NCBI GenBank assembly: GCA_047495785.1
Contig: JBLDXI010000042.1
Location: forward strand, 4,526,001 to 4,590,000
Source of the DNA: Lepidodermella squamata
Taxonomy: Eukaryota > Animalia > Gastrotricha
DNA length: 64,000 nucleotides
Direction: 5' to 3'
The notes beneath the pieces are model-generated. The model saw only the letters and a list, made by a program, of their open reading frames with translations. It had not been told where the DNA came from and did not search any database. This document shows, piece by piece, positions 60,200 to 64,000 of the stretch. The first letter of the stretch is position 1. Every line of letters begins with the position of its first letter. Both the position numbers and the translations under genes were made by a program.

Positions 60200-61847
60200 A
60201 CGTAAGCCAAGTGTCTTGTTTGTCGATCAGCACAATTGTAATTTCATAACTCACGTTTAGCAGCTTGTTCGATTGAAGGAAGATAGAATAATATTGTGGC
60301 CTTCTAAAGCTTGTGATTTTCAAATATTATATTCAAAAGGTGGTTACTGTGAACAGTTTGAGTTTGTTGCAACATTTTTCGGAAGATTGCAAAAAGATGC
60401 TCAGCCTTGGTTTTAACCAGGCCTCGTCAACCGTGGCTTATTTCGCCATATTTTCAAATTTTCGAATTGCCACTATGCATTCATTTCTTAATATATAGGG
60501 CTATAGTACTCGGAAACACGACGGAATCTTTTGACATCGAACTTGTCCAAATCAGCTGCTAAATCGGGCATGGATTTAGTCAGCCATGGTGCAACTGACC
60601 CAAGCCCGGCGGAGGTAAGCACGCCTAATACTATACTGATCTACCAATTGTTCTCTTACTCGAGGATTATTTTTTACAGGGAATAAACAACCGTTGCGGA
60701 AACTGAACTTTTCAATATTTTCAAAAATATCGGAAGCTTTTGTAGGATGAGAATTGAGAATTATGCCCATGATTTATAACCTCCAGCATGAAGCGTGAAT
60801 TCTGGCCATAAAAGTCTTTGGATTTCAAGGCCCAGGCCCGTCATTCCCCCAGTCCCCCAAATAAAAAACGTCTTTGAAAGATTTTTTGAACAAAATCAAG
60901 CTTTTATTGATAAATTACAGATTGATTATAACAATAGTTCAATTTTTTCACGTGAGATCACAAGCGTAACTCTCCAAGACAAACAAACACGATCGATAAA
61001 ATAGTTGTTCTTTAACAATAGCGTTAATACAAAAAAGAACGTTACATAATTTTTTGAATATAATATTATCCAATAAAATAATTTGCATTTTTTATCAATT
61101 TTAAAAATTAATATCACATGACAATTTACATCTCGAGCCCAGGTAATAAAGCAAGGCCTCAAAATAATCAAGTCAATATTTCTTTTCGAAAAATATAACA
61201 GCGAAGGGAAAATATTACTATCACGTTATTTCTTCTATTTCGTGGAAGTCAGAAAGTATCAATAAGTAAATACCTAATGAGTGAATTTTTATCACATTCC
61301 TCTGACGCATCCCACTTTCGCATGAGCTTCAGAGATCACAAAAAAAGAAAATGATACGCAGCTGCGAGAGAATCGATCGAATTTCCAGCCATCAGTAGAA
61401 AATCAGTTCACATGTTTTTTCCCTATCGTAAGGTGTTCATTATCACAAAAATTATGTTCAAAAATTTGCGCGAGATTTAAGGCTAAATATCAATACAGGA
61501 TCTTCATAAAACGCGAACAATATTAATGTCTATAGTGATTTATAACAAAAAAATGCATCTTTTTCCAGTTTTGACTGATATAACAAGCGAAAAGCAGTAA
61601 AATCGCCATGTTTTACATCAATTTTCCGCCTCGATAATTGTTTTTTTTTCCAAAATATAAATTTAGCAGAAAAATTTAATAACAGGTAATTTTAATTTCA
61701 CCACAATATAATATTTTGATTACCTATAGTAAGTATCACATTGAAATGTCCATTTTTCAATAAATCGGAAAAATATTATGTAAATTTAAATAAATTTAAA
61801 TAAAATACTTTTTGTTATTTTTTGGGGGTTTAGATATCATTAAGAAA

Positions 61848-64000
61848 TCACAAGAGCCTGTCCCAATTGAAATCGTCCTCAATGTCGTCGGAAAGTCCGA
61901 TGCCGCCGCGGCTCGTGCGCGTTGTCGCCGCCGTCGCCGACACGCCTCGTTGATTTTGATTGTTTTGATGCGCAACAGGTGGTTGCGCGCTCTGCGTCGG
62001 CCGCGGAATCGCATAGCCATCGCTGTCCGTTCGCATCGTCGACATTCGAATGCCGTTGTTATTCGCACTGCCGCCGCTTGCCGAATTTTGCGGTTGTGGC
62101 GGGGTGGGCGGTTGTTGTTGTTGTTGTTGTTGTTGCTGCCTCGGTTGCTCATGTGTCGGGCTGAATTGCGTCTGAGGCATGTATTGCTGGTGGTGCACCT
62201 GAAACGGGTGCTGATAGCCGCGGTAGGCCTGTTGCCGTTGCTGCGGTGATCCGAATAGCTGCGAGTCATTGGCGAATTTCGAAAAATCACTCGCGTCAAA
62301 CCCGCCTTGAAAAAATAGAAAAAAATATTTTCGGTTGATTGGATTTGATCATTTTTACCTCCAGCTTGGAATGAATCGGTCAATAGGCCGGTTTCTTGAC
62401 CGCCGGAGAACATTAGAGGCGGCACAAGGGGCGAAGGTGCTGGCATGTGGCCTCGAGCTCGAAATTGCTAAAATAAAATTGTTTAATCAAAAATTTAAAA
62501 AAGTCAAGAATCAGCAATCTTTAGATAAGATAGAAAATTATGTTCTTCTGAAATTAACGAAAAATGGAACAGGGCGCCTTTTCCAGATAATCGAGGCGCC
62601 TAAATTTTTGGAATCGAGAATTGAAGTAATATACAGTGACAACCGAAAGAACCGCACGGTGGGATCGATATTTCGCGAACCGAAATTATGGAAACTCTAA
62701 AACCATCTCAAATCTTAGTGGAATAGTTTTCAGAATATGAATATATTCATGAGATGTCTTTAAACTAGGACATTCTTAGCTCCGCGCAAAAATATCCAGA
62801 GCAAATCGAGCTGTTAGTGTAAGATGGGGATGAATCAAAACCAATTTTTCAAATTTTTTTCAACAATATTGTTAGTTTTATGGCACTTGAATATTAATTA
62901 GCACCCATGAATATTCACAAGTAAAAACCTATTAAAATTTCAGAGTCTGTCCGAGTTACACTTACTATTTTTAATTGATTTGAACCTAAACTTGGGGCTG
63001 AAAATTATTCGGGCGCGAGCGAAATATTTTTTGTTTCAAATTCCTGACCGTGCGCAACTTCTGATTATCACTGTAAATAGCTATAAATCGAATGACTCCA
63101 AGTTAAAAGCAGATGATATTGCAATAAATTGATGATCTGTTCGAATTACCTGTTGGATAAATTGCCCCCATATTTGTACCTGAATTCGATACGATGGAAT
63201 TTATTAAAATAACTAGGTACGTACATTTTCAACTAGATTTGTAGAAGTAGCTCTTTTCAATTTTTTCCAAACTTTTTAGTCTTGAGATTTCAAGATTGGT
63301 TATTGAATGATACCTATCACAATTTTTATCAACAGAAAATCTTGATTAGGTACCAGTAAGAGGTTCTGAAGGATGGATAGAAGCTGGAGAAGCTCGCAAA
63401 AAATGGAAAAAATCAAAACATGCAAAAAAATCCATGAAAATTTTCAATTTAATATTCAAAATTCATTTTTAGCGATGTTTTCCACATTTTCTTCAAGTGA
63501 AAAAAGAGAAAACAATATGCACACAAAATATAAAAAAATGTTTGAAAAAAATTCTGAATTATTGCGTTCAAAAAATAGAATCGACAATTCCAACTCAATA
63601 ATGTGAACTAAATCTGATTTCATTCGATTTAATTGAAACTCCATCATTTTAAAGCTTTGATTCAAGCTTTCAAGGTTATAAATTAAAGAAAATCTAGAGA
63701 CAACATGTACCTGTTCTGACTGTTGAGCCTGTCTATAGTCGCCATCGCCCGTTTTGCCACTCTGATCCATGCCGTTATCGCCGCCACCGCTTCGCATGGT
63801 CGACCCGCCGGTGCTGTCCACGCCGCTATCAGTTACCAACTGACTCGCCTGCGAGAAGAACGACGTCATCGAATTGGCTAGATTTACAATTTTCTCCGGC
63901 GTCAGCGACCAATTCGCGCCCTCAGCTTCGCGCATAGACGCTAGCAAATTTCTGAACTGCGACTGCAAATTCGCGTTGCCAGCCGCCGATGACGACATCA
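61848..64000 (-). CDS. foxJ2/3: 3' part of forkhead transcription factor FoxJ2/3 (exons >64000-63711, 62467-62359, 62305-61848)
   Basis: SQFRNLLASMREAEGANWSL..KIVNLANSM and the C-terminal DDFNWDRLL match my recollection of conserved FOXJ2/FOXJ3 C-terminal blocks (SQFSELMESLRQAE.KNWTL; DDFDWD). A Q-rich tract is present. The forkhead domain lies outside the window. Confidence 0.75.

Noticed and set aside
61796-62249. Poly-N, poly-L and Arg-rich ORFs
   Set aside because: These are alternative-frame or antisense readings of the FoxJ2/3 poly-Q exon.
1-64000. Prokaryotic defence island or a species-level host assignment
   Set aside because: Spliceosomal introns and metazoan gene families exclude a prokaryote, and the sequence alone does not let me name the taxon.

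Overview
This is eukaryotic (metazoan, invertebrate-like) genomic DNA with very short introns (most about 48-85 nt), so the ORF track fragments most genes. I reconstructed the exons by hand. The window is an accessory 'sensing/defence' island with these host genes: (i) six paralogous divergent Cys-loop ligand-gated channel genes with a C-x14-C loop; (ii) three tandem intronless GABA-B-like class C GPCRs, two of them broken by a single in-frame stop; (iii) a TIR-only gene facing a TIR-NB-ARC-ankyrin (NLR-like) gene with ten near-identical 102-bp repeats that vary mainly at predicted binding-surface positions; (iv) four copies of a 180-aa three-repeat plus glycine-zipper gene interleaved with the channels; (v) a candidate RFamide neuropeptide precursor, a secreted VWA-like protein and a PPxY type-I membrane protein; and (vi) the 3' end of FoxJ2/3. 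Transposons are abundant: a chromodomain Ty3/Gypsy remnant, LINE fragments, an intact Harbinger nested in a LINE, and piggyBac-, Tc/mariner-, MULE- and hAT-type MITEs with target-site duplications. The best candidate for an undescribed system is the TIR-NB-ARC-ANK receptor with its TIR-only partner, possibly with the glycine-zipper proteins as effectors. No database searches were run; family calls come from motif recognition.
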